Source: an uncultured Verrucomicrobiae bacterium (GTDB lineage: Bacteria > Verrucomicrobiota > Verrucomicrobiia > Chthoniobacterales > JAATET01). Taken from it: DNA of 64,000 nucleotides. How positions within the stretch are numbered: the first letter of the stretch is position 1; each line of letters starts with the position of its first letter. The DNA is taken from positions 172,002-236,001 of the forward strand of contig CAVRCI010000005.1 in the NCBI GenBank assembly GCA_963719495.1. The letters are read 5' to 3'. This document shows, piece after piece, positions 50,215-59,832 of the stretch. Made by a program: the position numbers and the translations under genes. The notes below the pieces were generated by a model. The model worked only from the letters and a program-made list of their open reading frames with translations, searched no databases and was not told the origin of the DNA.

Positions 50215-51082
50215 TTAGGAATTCCTCCAAATCGTGCAGCCAATACGTCCGCCCCGTTAACTTCAGATAAAAGAGGAAGTCCGGATTGAATTTTCCCTTG
50301 CGCAAAATTCCACTCCAAAACAGCGGGTAGGGCCCGTGGTAATAATGATGAACCCCCATCAACGTCCCGTCCACGGCCTCGCGCGCCAAATCCCCCATGA
50401 TCCGTTTGACCGCGCACCGGTAAATGTCCGTCGTGAACTTTAGCGGGCCCAGCTTTTTCGGATAAGGAACCGCGGCCATCTTGCGACCATCAACCCGGTA
50501 GCAATTTGCCTTCAGCCGATCCGGCAAATCCGTCGCGGGAGCCCCGCCAACCCGCTCGAAATTCCACGACGTCTGCCCGTTCTCCGGAAGCTGCGCGATC
50601 AGCCGGTCGAGGATCTCGCGCAAATCCGCCAGCTTCCAAATCGCCGGGTGCAAAGCAAACTTCCACTCCGCCCCCCGCGAGCAGCGGTCCAGAGCAAAGC
50701 CATCGCGGCTCACCTTCTCTCCGTAAGCCACCCGGCCCTGACCGTATCCCGAAAGCGAAATCGTCACAGCCCCCAGTTCACTTAGCATTTTGGGAATCGT
50801 CCGATTCAAATGCCGCGCGCAGCACCAGGTCAGCGGCGGATGATCTTCGAGGATGAGGTAAGCCGCGTCGAATCCTTCGGCCATGAGATCGTCGCAAGCG
50901 GATCGCGTCACTTGCATCCAGCTCTGCGGATTATCCCGCAGCGGCAAGCCCGCCGAATGATCCGACAAACCGCAGTAACGAATCTCCGGAGCCTTGGCCC
51001 AATATTCCCGGATGCGCGCCTCGGTGAACGCAGCCAAGGCGCGATACCGCTCGATGGTCGAGATGAGAATGCAAACCTTCAC
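50201..51082 (-). CDS. Hypothetical protein, possible GT-A fold
   Basis: LILEDH; PAIWK; SWNFE; position in glycan cluster; start approximate. Confidence 0.55.
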   Translation of the reverse strand: MKVCILISTIERYRALAAFTEARIREYWAKAPEIRYCGLSDHSAGLPLRDNPQSWMQVTRSACDDLMAEGFDAAYLILEDHPPLTWCCARHLNRTIPKMLSELGAVTISLSGYGQGRVAYGEKVSRDGFALDRCSRGAEWKFALHPAIWKLADLREILDRLIAQLPENGQTSWNFERVGGAPATDLPDRLKANCYRVDGRKMAAVPYPKKLGPLKFTTDIYRCAVKRIMGDLAREAVDGTLMGVHHYYHGPYPLFWSGILRKGKFNPDFLFYLKLTGRTYWLHDLEEFLSGVR

Positions 51083-51114
51083 CTTATCAAATTCAGCACC
51101 AAGAGCCGACTGGC

Positions 51115-52098
51115 TTAGATCCGCCCCGATTCCGCCATCAAGCGTTGCAAGATTTCGACGAATTCCAGCGTCATCCGGTCCCCCGAAGGAATCTGCCCCA
51201 GCAGCCGCCGCCGCAAACCGTCCAGCCCGCTCACGGACTCCCGAATCGCCCCGCCGACATCGTCGCGAAAGCCAACCCCGTAGCGAAGCCCCGCCTCCAC
51301 GATCCCACCCCCATCTTCGTGGTAAATCAGCGGCAAACCGCACTGCGCCCCCTCGACGTGGTGCATTCCGCATGGCTCCCACCGCGACGCCGTGAGGTAA
51401 AGGTGGCATTCGCGCAATTTCTCAGCCAGCGGCCGCCCACTCAGCGGCCCCAACGTCTCCGTCGCCCGCCAGTCGATCTCCGCCGGCCAACGACCGATCA
51501 CCCGAAATTCCACGCCCGGCAGTTCCCCCGCCGCCAACAGCCGATCGACCTCCTGATACACGTCGAAACCCTTCAACCAATTGTCCGACCAGTGGTGCGT
51601 CACGATCCGAATCGGCTCGCCGTCCTCGGGGATCGCCGCCCCAAGCGGATGGAAAACCCGCGCGTCCGCCCCATTGTAGATGACCCCGTGCGACTTCGCC
51701 GGGTCGAACCACCGCTCCAGAAAATAATCCCTCAGCCACTCCGCGATAAAAACCGTGTGATCCGCCAGTTCGTTCGTCCGCCGCAGCAACTCGTCGATAT
51801 CGTCCGTCCCCTTGCGTTGATCGCACTCATTGATCCGGTGCAAAATCGGCACCGTCGGCTGCGAGCGGCGAAAGACCTCGAGTTCGCGCAGACCAAACCG
51901 CTTCGCCGGGTGATCATTCCGCGGATCGATCACCACCACCGCGTCCGGATCCGACCGCAGGTCATAGACGACCCGCCAGCCCCGAGCCCACATCGCCGCC
52001 GCGAGCTGCGAAACGAACGGACTCGCCCCACCCCACGGCCCACCCGTCGCGACCATCGAAATCGCCACCGTTGGTTTCCGTTTTTTCGAAAAAATCAT
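51115..52098 (-). CDS. GT4-like glycosyltransferase
   Basis: GPWGG; IYNGAD; SRWEPCGMHHVEGAQCGLP. Confidence 0.8.
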   Translation of the reverse strand: MIFSKKRKPTVAISMVATGGPWGGASPFVSQLAAAMWARGWRVVYDLRSDPDAVVVIDPRNDHPAKRFGLRELEVFRRSQPTVPILHRINECDQRKGTDDIDELLRRTNELADHTVFIAEWLRDYFLERWFDPAKSHGVIYNGADARVFHPLGAAIPEDGEPIRIVTHHWSDNWLKGFDVYQEVDRLLAAGELPGVEFRVIGRWPAEIDWRATETLGPLSGRPLAEKLRECHLYLTASRWEPCGMHHVEGAQCGLPLIYHEDGGGIVEAGLRYGVGFRDDVGGAIRESVSGLDGLRRRLLGQIPSGDRMTLEFVEILQRLMAESGRI

Positions 52099-52105
52099 CG
52101 TTCCC

Positions 52106-53152
52106 TCACTCCAACAAATCCGCCAGCCGCTCGGCAAACCCAACCACACTCCCCCGCTCCACCGCCCGCGCCCGGACGATCCGCGAATCGAGCGGCTCCG
52201 CCTCGATCGCCGTCCGCAACGCCTCCGCGTCCCCCGCCGTCACGAGCCGCAAATGCTCTCCATCCACGAAATCCTCGCCCGTCCACAGGCCGCGTGTCCG
52301 ACTCATCACCACCGTTTTCCCGCACGCCATCGCCTGCAAAGCCACGCTCTGTCCCGCCGGCTGCAACGCATCCTCGAGCGGCACCACCACGACCCGCGCA
52401 CCGCGGTAAAGGTTGCGTAACTCCGCGTCCGTCACCGCCGGTCGGTGCCACGATCCTCGGAGGTGCTCGACGTTCTCCGGCAGATCCGGAGGCAGCTCTC
52501 GGTTCGTCAGGATGCGCACCCCGCCCGCGATCCCCCGCGCCGCGTCGACCAGCGTCCGATAATCCCGCCGCGCATCGTTCCCGACCGCCAACACGTCATC
52601 GCCGACGTCACCCTCATCTTCCCCGGGAGTCCAAAAATCAACGTCCACCCCGAACGCATCGACCACCGCGCTCGTCCCAAACCGCGCGTCGACCTCCGCC
52701 CGCTCCGACTCCGCAAAAAGCACGCACCTCTGACCCCCAAGCGCCCACCGCGACGTCGCCAGCCGCGCACCCGTCGTCGGGAAATTCACAACCCCGCAGT
52801 GAATTCCCAACACCCGCGCCCGCAGCCAGCCCACCTGCCCAAGCACCCCCAGCGCCATCGCCAGCCCCGTCGCCGTCCCGACCACCACGTCGAATTTGTT
52901 CAACTCCCCGACCAGCCGACCGACCGCCACGAGATCCTCGCCGCGCATCTTCACCGGATTCGCCCAACCCAGTCCGACGTTGAAAGCTGTTGCCACCCAA
53001 CCCGACCGCGCCCCGGCGTCGAACACCCCGACCGACCATCCGCGCCGCTCGAATTCGACCGCGCCGTAAAAAAACTCCGTGGCCGCCCCCCCGGTCCCAG
53101 CCTCCGCCCACCGGGCCTCCCGCCCCCCGGCGTAAACGAAAGCCACCCTCAC
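52106..53152 (-). CDS. GT4 glycosyltransferase
   Basis: FGVDVDFW; RDY; GQSVALQAMACGKTVV. Confidence 0.85.
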   Translation of the reverse strand: MRVAFVYAGGREARWAEAGTGGAATEFFYGAVEFERRGWSVGVFDAGARSGWVATAFNVGLGWANPVKMRGEDLVAVGRLVGELNKFDVVVGTATGLAMALGVLGQVGWLRARVLGIHCGVVNFPTTGARLATSRWALGGQRCVLFAESERAEVDARFGTSAVVDAFGVDVDFWTPGEDEGDVGDDVLAVGNDARRDYRTLVDAARGIAGGVRILTNRELPPDLPENVEHLRGSWHRPAVTDAELRNLYRGARVVVVPLEDALQPAGQSVALQAMACGKTVVMSRTRGLWTGEDFVDGEHLRLVTAGDAEALRTAIEAEPLDSRIVRARAVERGSVVGFAERLADLLE

Positions 53153-53171
53153 GCGCCGCGCCGCGGCTTCC

Positions 53172-53810
53172 TCAAGCCGTCGCCCCTTCGCCCGTCAACG
53201 CCCGCAGCCGGTCGATGTGTTCATGCCTTGGAAGCAGCGCGATCGGCTTCATCACCTTATTGCAAAAATGCACGGCCGCCGCCGTTTCCCAACCATCCGC
53301 GCCGTATTCCACGCAATCCGTCCGTTGCCGCACCTCGTCCAAGTGCTGCCGCACGATGACCATGTCCGACGTGTGCTGCTCACTTCGCAGAACCCGCCGC
53401 CAGCCGATCCGCTCCGCGGCAAACCAATCCACCGCCCGAAGGAATTCCGCCCGCGACCCGCTCACCAGACAAGGCACGTCCTTCTCGTAAATCGTCAGCT
53501 CCCCCGCCTCCCGCGGCTCGAACGAGTAGTTGATCACGTCGTAATCCGACATGAAACCACCCCCGTGCTGAGCCACCGCGATCCAACGCAGGTAGCACCA
53601 GTAATCGAGGTTGTGCTTGTTGATGCTCGGCAATTTTTTGAGCCGTTCCACCAAGTTTTCCAACTCCGCGTCGAACTCGATCGACTCGTAACCCAGCACG
53701 ACCGGCTCCCAGCCCATCGTCACCCACGACCGCTTCCAGATGTCGATGAGCGCCAATTCATCGCGCTCCCGCTTGCCCTCCACGGGCGAATAAAATGTGA
53801 AAACCTTCAT
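53172..53810 (-). CDS. Hypothetical DxD-motif protein (GT32-like)
   Basis: SW...GW; YLRW.A....GGGFMSDYDV. Confidence 0.55.
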   Translation of the reverse strand: MKVFTFYSPVEGKRERDELALIDIWKRSWVTMGWEPVVLGYESIEFDAELENLVERLKKLPSINKHNLDYWCYLRWIAVAQHGGGFMSDYDVINYSFEPREAGELTIYEKDVPCLVSGSRAEFLRAVDWFAAERIGWRRVLRSEQHTSDMVIVRQHLDEVRQRTDCVEYGADGWETAAAVHFCNKVMKPIALLPRHEHIDRLRALTGEGATA

Positions 53811-54469
53811 CCTCGTCTGTCGTAAGCGGTTCGAATCTGCCGGAGCAACCGCGCCTCCTTGATCCCGTGAAACGCGTAACCGCCCCGGGAAGCACGCCGA
53901 ATCGCCACGGCCTTTTCTTTCTTCGACCGAATCGTATTCCGCGAAAACCCCTCCCGCAAGGCCCGCAAATCATGGATTTGAATCCCCAGCCGCTCGGCCT
54001 GACACCACATCCACCGATCCACAAAACCCCGCTGAAAAGGCTCGAAAGTCGCCCCCTTGACGAAGCTCCGAAGCGACCCCGCGTCGAAGATCCACGGAAA
54101 ATGCGCGTAATGCGTTCCCGCCAGATCAGCCAGTCGATTCTTGAACACATTCCCCTGCACCCCCACCCGCTCCACCGGCCGCCGCAGTAAAAACGCGTCG
54201 TATTCCACGAAAACGTAAAAGTCCGCCGCCACCTCGAGACTGTGCCGCATCCCCGCCAGCTGCCGCTTCAAGCACTCCGCCCCGTATTTGTTCGAGAGCC
54301 CCGTCGCAAACGTCCGCGTCCCCGGCAACCGGTTCGGCGAATCCTCCGGGAAGACCACGATCACTTCGTCCGAAGCCGCCCTCCACACCGGCAAATGCCG
54401 CTCCACCACCGCCTGCCCCCCCGCATAACTAAAAACCGTCGTTAAAACCCGCATTCCACTAATCACCAT
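53807..54469 (-). CDS. Hypothetical protein, possible GT-A fold
   Basis: YVFVEYDAF; C-terminal FHGIK; overlaps downstream start. Confidence 0.5.
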   Translation of the reverse strand: MVISGMRVLTTVFSYAGGQAVVERHLPVWRAASDEVIVVFPEDSPNRLPGTRTFATGLSNKYGAECLKRQLAGMRHSLEVAADFYVFVEYDAFLLRRPVERVGVQGNVFKNRLADLAGTHYAHFPWIFDAGSLRSFVKGATFEPFQRGFVDRWMWCQAERLGIQIHDLRALREGFSRNTIRSKKEKAVAIRRASRGGYAFHGIKEARLLRQIRTAYDRRG

Positions 54470-54567
54470 TGACTTGCTAGCTCCCGCTCGTCTCGCCCTC
54501 CGAGCACCATCGCAGAGCCGATGGTGTCGGCCCCGCGGCTTCCCAGCCGCCGGTGCTCACCAATCAC
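54463..54567. repeat. 105-bp structured repeat, copy B
   Basis: Aligns with 42640-42744. Confidence 0.9.
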
Positions 54568-55394
54568 GAACGAACCCCCGGCCAGCCCGTGACCATGACC
54601 GTCCGCTCGGCGTAAACTTTGGACAGCACGAAATCCACCGTCCGCCTCGCCAGTGGGTTCCCACGCGCCATTCGTCGCAGGCGATACGCGATCCAATTCC
54701 GATCCCAAGCCCCGTTGGCCTCCCGTCCCACCGCGGCAATTTCCCGCAGCCGCTCCCACCCGCCAGCTTCCGACTTCGTCGCCGGATAACACCGCAGTTC
54801 CGCCAATTCCTCGTCGATCGACACCACCTTCCCCCGCTCCGCCAGCCGCATGAGTAGATCCCAATCCATCGCGTATTCCAGCGAAGTATCGAGCCCCCCC
54901 ACCGCCTCGTAAGCCGACCGCCGAAAGAACATCGCCGGCTGCAGAATTGTCAGAGCCGACCGCAGCAACTCCGGATCGAACGCCCCCGGTGCCACCCGCT
55001 TCGTCCGAGTCCCGTCCGCGGCGACCTTCCATCCCACGCCGTAAACCACCGCCGCCTCCGGCTCCGCCACGAAAGCCTCCCCCACCGCCCGCAGCGCCCC
55101 CGGCAGCAACAAATCATCCGAGTTCAACCACCCCATCACCTCCCCACGCCCCCGCGCAAAACCCTTCGCGATCGCATCTCCCTGACCCGAGTCCCGCTCC
55201 CGCAATATCGTCAACCCCGCCCGCCCCTCATACCGATCCAGAATCTCCCCCGTCCCATCATCCGAAAGCGCATCCACGATCCACCAATCCAACCCCGCAA
55301 AGTCCTGCGCCAGCACGCTCTCAATCGTCCCCTCGATAAACCCCGCCTGCCGAAAGCTTGGAGTCACCAGCGTAATAGTCGGCAGCGCCTTCAT
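54564..55394 (-). CDS. GT2 glycosyltransferase
   Basis: LVTPSF.Q, WLNSDD, AMDWDL. Confidence 0.9.
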   Translation of the reverse strand: MKALPTITLVTPSFRQAGFIEGTIESVLAQDFAGLDWWIVDALSDDGTGEILDRYEGRAGLTILRERDSGQGDAIAKGFARGRGEVMGWLNSDDLLLPGALRAVGEAFVAEPEAAVVYGVGWKVAADGTRTKRVAPGAFDPELLRSALTILQPAMFFRRSAYEAVGGLDTSLEYAMDWDLLMRLAERGKVVSIDEELAELRCYPATKSEAGGWERLREIAAVGREANGAWDRNWIAYRLRRMARGNPLARRTVDFVLSKVYAERTVMVTGWPGVRS

Positions 55395-55443
55395 TTCTTC
55401 ACCCTTTGCGCCCTTTGCGACCTTTGCGACCTTCTGTTCAAAA

Positions 55444-57216
55444 TCATTTTCCCGTTCTCCAACAAAGGTTCAGCGAAAACGCCCGCCCGATCCGATCCGC
55501 ATCCACCCCCGGCCAAAACTCCGCCAGCGCCCGCGGCGACATGAACAGAAACTCCCGGTCGTCCATCATCCGCTCCACCAAAGCGTCCCCGTCCTCGATC
55601 TCCCGAAAAAGCTCCCGCCCCGCCCCCGCGACCTCCAGGTGCCCGGGATGCAAATAAGCCGTCCAGCAATGCACCTGCAGCGCGCGAGCCCCACCCAACG
55701 CGTCCAACTCTTCCCGCGAAACCGCATCCGCCCGATCAAAACTCACCACCGCATCGAACCCACCGTCCCCCTCCGTCACAACCTCGAAATCCCGAGCCAC
55801 CGGCCGCAAATCACTCACCGACCCACCCAGCAAACGGATCCTCCCCCCCTTCCGCACAAATTTCCGAATGAAAGCCGCCGCCAACGCCCGCTGATAAGTC
55901 CCCACCGCAAAAGTGTGCGGCCCCGTCGCCGCAACCGCCGTCCGCCGCCGGATCCAGCCGAGTTGCGCCTTCCGCGAATACCGCCACCGCGAAAAATCAA
56001 ACGCCAACCACCACCCACCACCCCCCGGAGGGCAGCCGCAGCGAAGCGAAGACAGTCGGGAAACTTTCCGACAACGCTCCCGCCGAGCCGTGACTTCCAC
56101 CCCGGACGCCCGATCCACCCCGGCCCCCAGCACCTCAAACCGATCATCCACCGCCCGCCCAGCCCCCATCGACCGCCAGATCCACTCCCCACCCTCCGGA
56201 AGCACCATCGTCCCCGCCACCCGCTCGACCGCCGCCCGAAACTCACCCGCCTCAGCGACCAACCGCCCCGCCGCCGCCACGAATTCCCCCCGATCATACC
56301 CACAAACCAACCCCGCACCCGTCGCCCGCAAAAACGCCCCCGCCGCACTCCGCTCGCTCCCCACCAGCAACACCGGCAATCCGGCCTGCGTGAAAAGATA
56401 GATCATCCGCGAAGGAAAACTCATCGCCGCAAACGAGAACTTATCGTCCCACCCATCCATCCGCCCACTCGGCACCACCGCAAAATCGAAGCCACTCAGC
56501 CGCTCCACCAACACCTCATCCGAAAGAAACCCCCGAACAAAAATTCCATCGTCCGCCAACCCAGCCGAGTCACACCCCAGCCAAGCCGCCTCCGGCCCCT
56601 TCCCAAACCAGTCCACTGACCACCCCGCCCCCCGCACCATCGCCCGAAAGTCCCCCAACTGCCGCGCCGACCAGAAATTCCCCAGCAGCGCGCAGCGCTG
56701 CTCCCTCACCAGACCTTCGACCTTCGACCTTCCGACTTTCCGACCACTAACAACCGGCGGCAACCACCAAAACTTGCGCCCAAATTTCGCCTCATACCCC
56801 GCGCACATTTGCGGCGAGATTCCCAAACAAACCGCACTCCGCTCGATCAACCGCCGCACCACCGCATCCCCCACCTCGTCCGAGCAAACGTTCTGATCGT
56901 CCATCAAATACGCGCACATCGGCGCCCCCGTCACCTCCTGCAACAAGGCCCCCACCCGAAAGTCTTCCGGGTAATAAGGAACGCACAAAATTCGCTTCAC
57001 CCCGACCGCTTCTTCCGCCAGCCGTTCCCGCAACTCACCCATCGAGCCAAACCGATCGCCCACGAAAACTTCCCGAGCCCCAAACTCCGACCCACCGCCG
57101 TAAAGCGACCGCGACCGAAAAACCAAGAAATCCTCGTCCCGCGGAAACAAACGCCGCAGGTAAATCCCGACCCCATGCCGGTCGTTCACCTCGATCCCAC
57201 AAACCAAAGCGTTCAT
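55444..57216 (-). CDS. GT-B-like protein with C-terminal degenerate extra domain
   Basis: YLMDD, ISPQM...YE, SFPSRM; in-frame repeat inserts. Confidence 0.6.
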   Translation of the reverse strand: MNALVCGIEVNDRHGVGIYLRRLFPRDEDFLVFRSRSLYGGGSEFGAREVFVGDRFGSMGELRERLAEEAVGVKRILCVPYYPEDFRVGALLQEVTGAPMCAYLMDDQNVCSDEVGDAVVRRLIERSAVCLGISPQMCAGYEAKFGRKFWWLPPVVSGRKVGRSKVEGLVREQRCALLGNFWSARQLGDFRAMVRGAGWSVDWFGKGPEAAWLGCDSAGLADDGIFVRGFLSDEVLVERLSGFDFAVVPSGRMDGWDDKFSFAAMSFPSRMIYLFTQAGLPVLLVGSERSAAGAFLRATGAGLVCGYDRGEFVAAAGRLVAEAGEFRAAVERVAGTMVLPEGGEWIWRSMGAGRAVDDRFEVLGAGVDRASGVEVTARRERCRKVSRLSSLRCGCPPGGGGWWLAFDFSRWRYSRKAQLGWIRRRTAVAATGPHTFAVGTYQRALAAAFIRKFVRKGGRIRLLGGSVSDLRPVARDFEVVTEGDGGFDAVVSFDRADAVSREELDALGGARALQVHCWTAYLHPGHLEVAGAGRELFREIEDGDALVERMMDDREFLFMSPRALAEFWPGVDADRIGRAFSLNLCWRTGK

Positions 57217-57262
57217 TGGGTGGGTGAAAGGTCTGAATGTCCAAGGTCCAAGGTCATTCCTC

Positions 57263-58864
57263 TCACCGACCTTCCGCCCTTCTGACCCAAACATAGACGC
57301 GCTTCCCATCCGCCCCGACCGCCTCACCCGCTTTCGAAAAATCCGCCGCCCCCTTCATCGAGTCGACCAACCCACCCATCACCCGTTCCGCCGGCAGGTT
57401 CGCGAACGAATCCCGCATTCCCGGATCCTGAACGAAAACCAAATCCGCCCGCCGCCGCTTCCGCTCGAACCGCTCGACCGAAGGCAAAAACCCACCTTTC
57501 ACCGCCTCCGTCCGATGACCGTTCCGCAGCAGCCACATCTCCACGTTCTCCCGCATCAGCGGCCCCGATTGCGAGAAGAGAAGGTTCACGTCCTCCGGCA
57601 AATCCAAATCGTCGATCACGTCGATCACCTGCCGCTCGACCTCCGAAAAGTTCCCCCCCACCTCGCCCGCCTGCGACCAAACGTAGGGCGGCCACTGCCA
57701 AAGCAAAACAGCGACCACAGCGAGACTCGGCGCCGCGCCTTTCGAAAGACCCGAAATCCGCAATCCGCAATCCGCAATCCGCAATCCAAAGACCTCCCTC
57801 CACCCAAACGCCGCCGCGAAAACAAAACACCCAAAGAACGCCCCGCCCAAAAACGGCGACTTCATCCCAAACCCCGAGCTCAGCGCGTAGGTCACACCCA
57901 GCAATCCAACCACCGCCACCCAGGTCATCCCTCTCGCGCCTTCGCGGCATTGAGTGAAACCCGCGAAAATCGCCGCTCCGAGGACCACGACCAAGATCCA
58001 CCCCACCCACCCCAGATTATTCGCCGCGCCAAACCCGACGCCGTAATACGCCCACTTCTCCACCACCGACCCCGGTGCCCGCCAGATCTCCTCGTTCGCC
58101 CCGAACGAATTCGTGAAAAAGTAATGCCACGTCTCCGCCCCAAACGGCACCGCGTAAACCGCCGTCAACCCGATCACGACGACGCTTTGCACCCACGCCG
58201 TCCGCCAGATCGCCCGCCAATCGATCCGCCCCGACGCCACCGACTCGATGAGAACCCGCCCGCCCACCGAATACGCGAAGACGATCCCCGTCATCGCAAA
58301 CGTCGACGGCTTCACCAGCAAAGCCGCCGCGCACAGCACCGCGTGAATGACCCTCGGCCCCATCCGCTCGAAGTAACCCGGCACCGTCAATCCATAGACC
58401 CCGCAGAACCCGACCGCCACCGCCCACGCCAGATCCGGTCGGAATTCCACCACCGCCAGTGTGGAAAACGGCAACGCCAAAAACACCACCAACCCACTCC
58501 CCCATTCCCACCACCGAAGCGCCCGCCACGTCCACGACAGCGCCGCCAGCAACCCCAGCACCACGAAGAAATTGAGCGCGTAAGGTGCCCAATCCACGTA
58601 GCCAAAAATCAAAAACGCCACGGCGCCCACCCCCACCGACCAAGGCGAATGCAGCCCCTCGCTCCGCAGCTCCCCCGTGACCCCACCGAGCCCATCCACC
58701 CGCCCCGCCTCGATCAAACGAGTCGAGCTCAGGAAATAAACCGCGTCATCGTAGTTCGGCACCGCCGCCAGCGGCCCCCGCCACTGCGAATTCCAGACGC
58801 AGAAGCCGGTGAACAATCCCGCCACCAATACCACGACCGCCGACCGCACCCAGCGCCGGTTCAT
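57263..58864 (-). CDS. Polytopic membrane protein (GT-C-like)
   Basis: About 11 hydrophobic segments; YDD in first loop; FRPD; LVKPS. Confidence 0.65.
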   Translation of the reverse strand: MNRRWVRSAVVVLVAGLFTGFCVWNSQWRGPLAAVPNYDDAVYFLSSTRLIEAGRVDGLGGVTGELRSEGLHSPWSVGVGAVAFLIFGYVDWAPYALNFFVVLGLLAALSWTWRALRWWEWGSGLVVFLALPFSTLAVVEFRPDLAWAVAVGFCGVYGLTVPGYFERMGPRVIHAVLCAAALLVKPSTFAMTGIVFAYSVGGRVLIESVASGRIDWRAIWRTAWVQSVVVIGLTAVYAVPFGAETWHYFFTNSFGANEEIWRAPGSVVEKWAYYGVGFGAANNLGWVGWILVVVLGAAIFAGFTQCREGARGMTWVAVVGLLGVTYALSSGFGMKSPFLGGAFFGCFVFAAAFGWREVFGLRIADCGLRISGLSKGAAPSLAVVAVLLWQWPPYVWSQAGEVGGNFSEVERQVIDVIDDLDLPEDVNLLFSQSGPLMRENVEMWLLRNGHRTEAVKGGFLPSVERFERKRRRADLVFVQDPGMRDSFANLPAERVMGGLVDSMKGAADFSKAGEAVGADGKRVYVWVRRAEGR

Positions 58865-59622
58865 CGCCGCACGCGCCCCACTCGTTCCCGCACCCGCCAC
58901 ACGTCCACCAGCATCGGCAACGGATCCCGCAGCAAACTCACTTTTCCACCCCGCACGTCCCGCCAATCCACCGGAAACTCCTCCACCCGATAACCAAATT
59001 TTTCAGCCATGAGCAGCAACTCTACGTCGAACGCAAACCCGTAGGACCGTCCCACCGCGACGAAGCGCTCGACCGCCTCGCGGCTAAAAATTTTGAACCC
59101 ACACTGCGAATCGTAAGTGTCCAGCCCCGCGATCAACTTCACCATCGTCGCAAACACCCGCCCCGACAGGTGCCGCGACAGCTGCCGCTCCACCCGCCGC
59201 CCCAGCATCTTCACCCGGCAACCAATCAACCCATCGATTTGCCCCGCGCGCCGCTCGAATTCCCCGACGCCCCGCCGGATCTCCCCGACGTTCACCGCAC
59301 CATCCGCATCGGCAAAAGCCAGCGCGTCCCACCGCACGCCCCCAGCGTCCGCCAACCCAGCCCGCCAGCCCGCGTAAACCGCCGCACCCTTCCCCGCGTT
59401 CCGCACCGCCACCACCGGATCCAGAATTGTCGCCCCCCCCTCGCGCAACGCCCCCCGGCACCGCTCGACCACGTCCCGCAACCGCCCCAGCTCGATGTCC
59501 CCCGACCCATCATCGCTCACCAGCACCCCGAACGAGTCCGTCAATCCGGCCACCAGCTCCCGCAAAAACGGCTCCAACCGCCCCGCATCCCGATAATGCG
59601 GAATCACCAAAAGCACCCTCAT
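58861..59622 (-). CDS. GT2 polyprenol-phosphate glycosyltransferase-like
   Basis: DDGS, NAGKGAAV, ADADG, DSQCGFK, FAFDVELL. Confidence 0.88.
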   Translation of the reverse strand: MRVLLVIPHYRDAGRLEPFLRELVAGLTDSFGVLVSDDGSGDIELGRLRDVVERCRGALREGGATILDPVVAVRNAGKGAAVYAGWRAGLADAGGVRWDALAFADADGAVNVGEIRRGVGEFERRAGQIDGLIGCRVKMLGRRVERQLSRHLSGRVFATMVKLIAGLDTYDSQCGFKIFSREAVERFVAVGRSYGFAFDVELLLMAEKFGYRVEEFPVDWRDVRGGKVSLLRDPLPMLVDVWRVRERVGRVRR

Positions 59623-59686
59623 CAAAAATTACAAAAGACGGTCACCAACCCGCCAACCCGCCCGATCCCCAGACCCACCCTTCCAA

Positions 59687-59738
59687 AACCTGTCATGTTG
59701 AGCGAAGCGAAACATCTCTGGCTCACACTCCTCACCGC
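59687..59738 (+). repeat. TGTCAT-hairpin repeat, copy 10 (solo)
   Basis: AACCTGTCATGTTGAGCGAAGCGAAACATCTCTGGCTCACACTCCTCACCGC. Confidence 0.9.
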
Positions 59739-59787
59739 CACAAAACCCACAGTCATCAAACACCGATCACGCCCCGCAATCCGTCAC

Positions 59788-59832
59788 CCACCATTCACCA
59801 TTCACCATTCACCAATCACCAATCACCAATCA
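59788..59832 (+). repeat. Heptamer tandem repeat (CACCATT/CACCAAT)
   Basis: About 6 units read directly. Confidence 0.8.
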
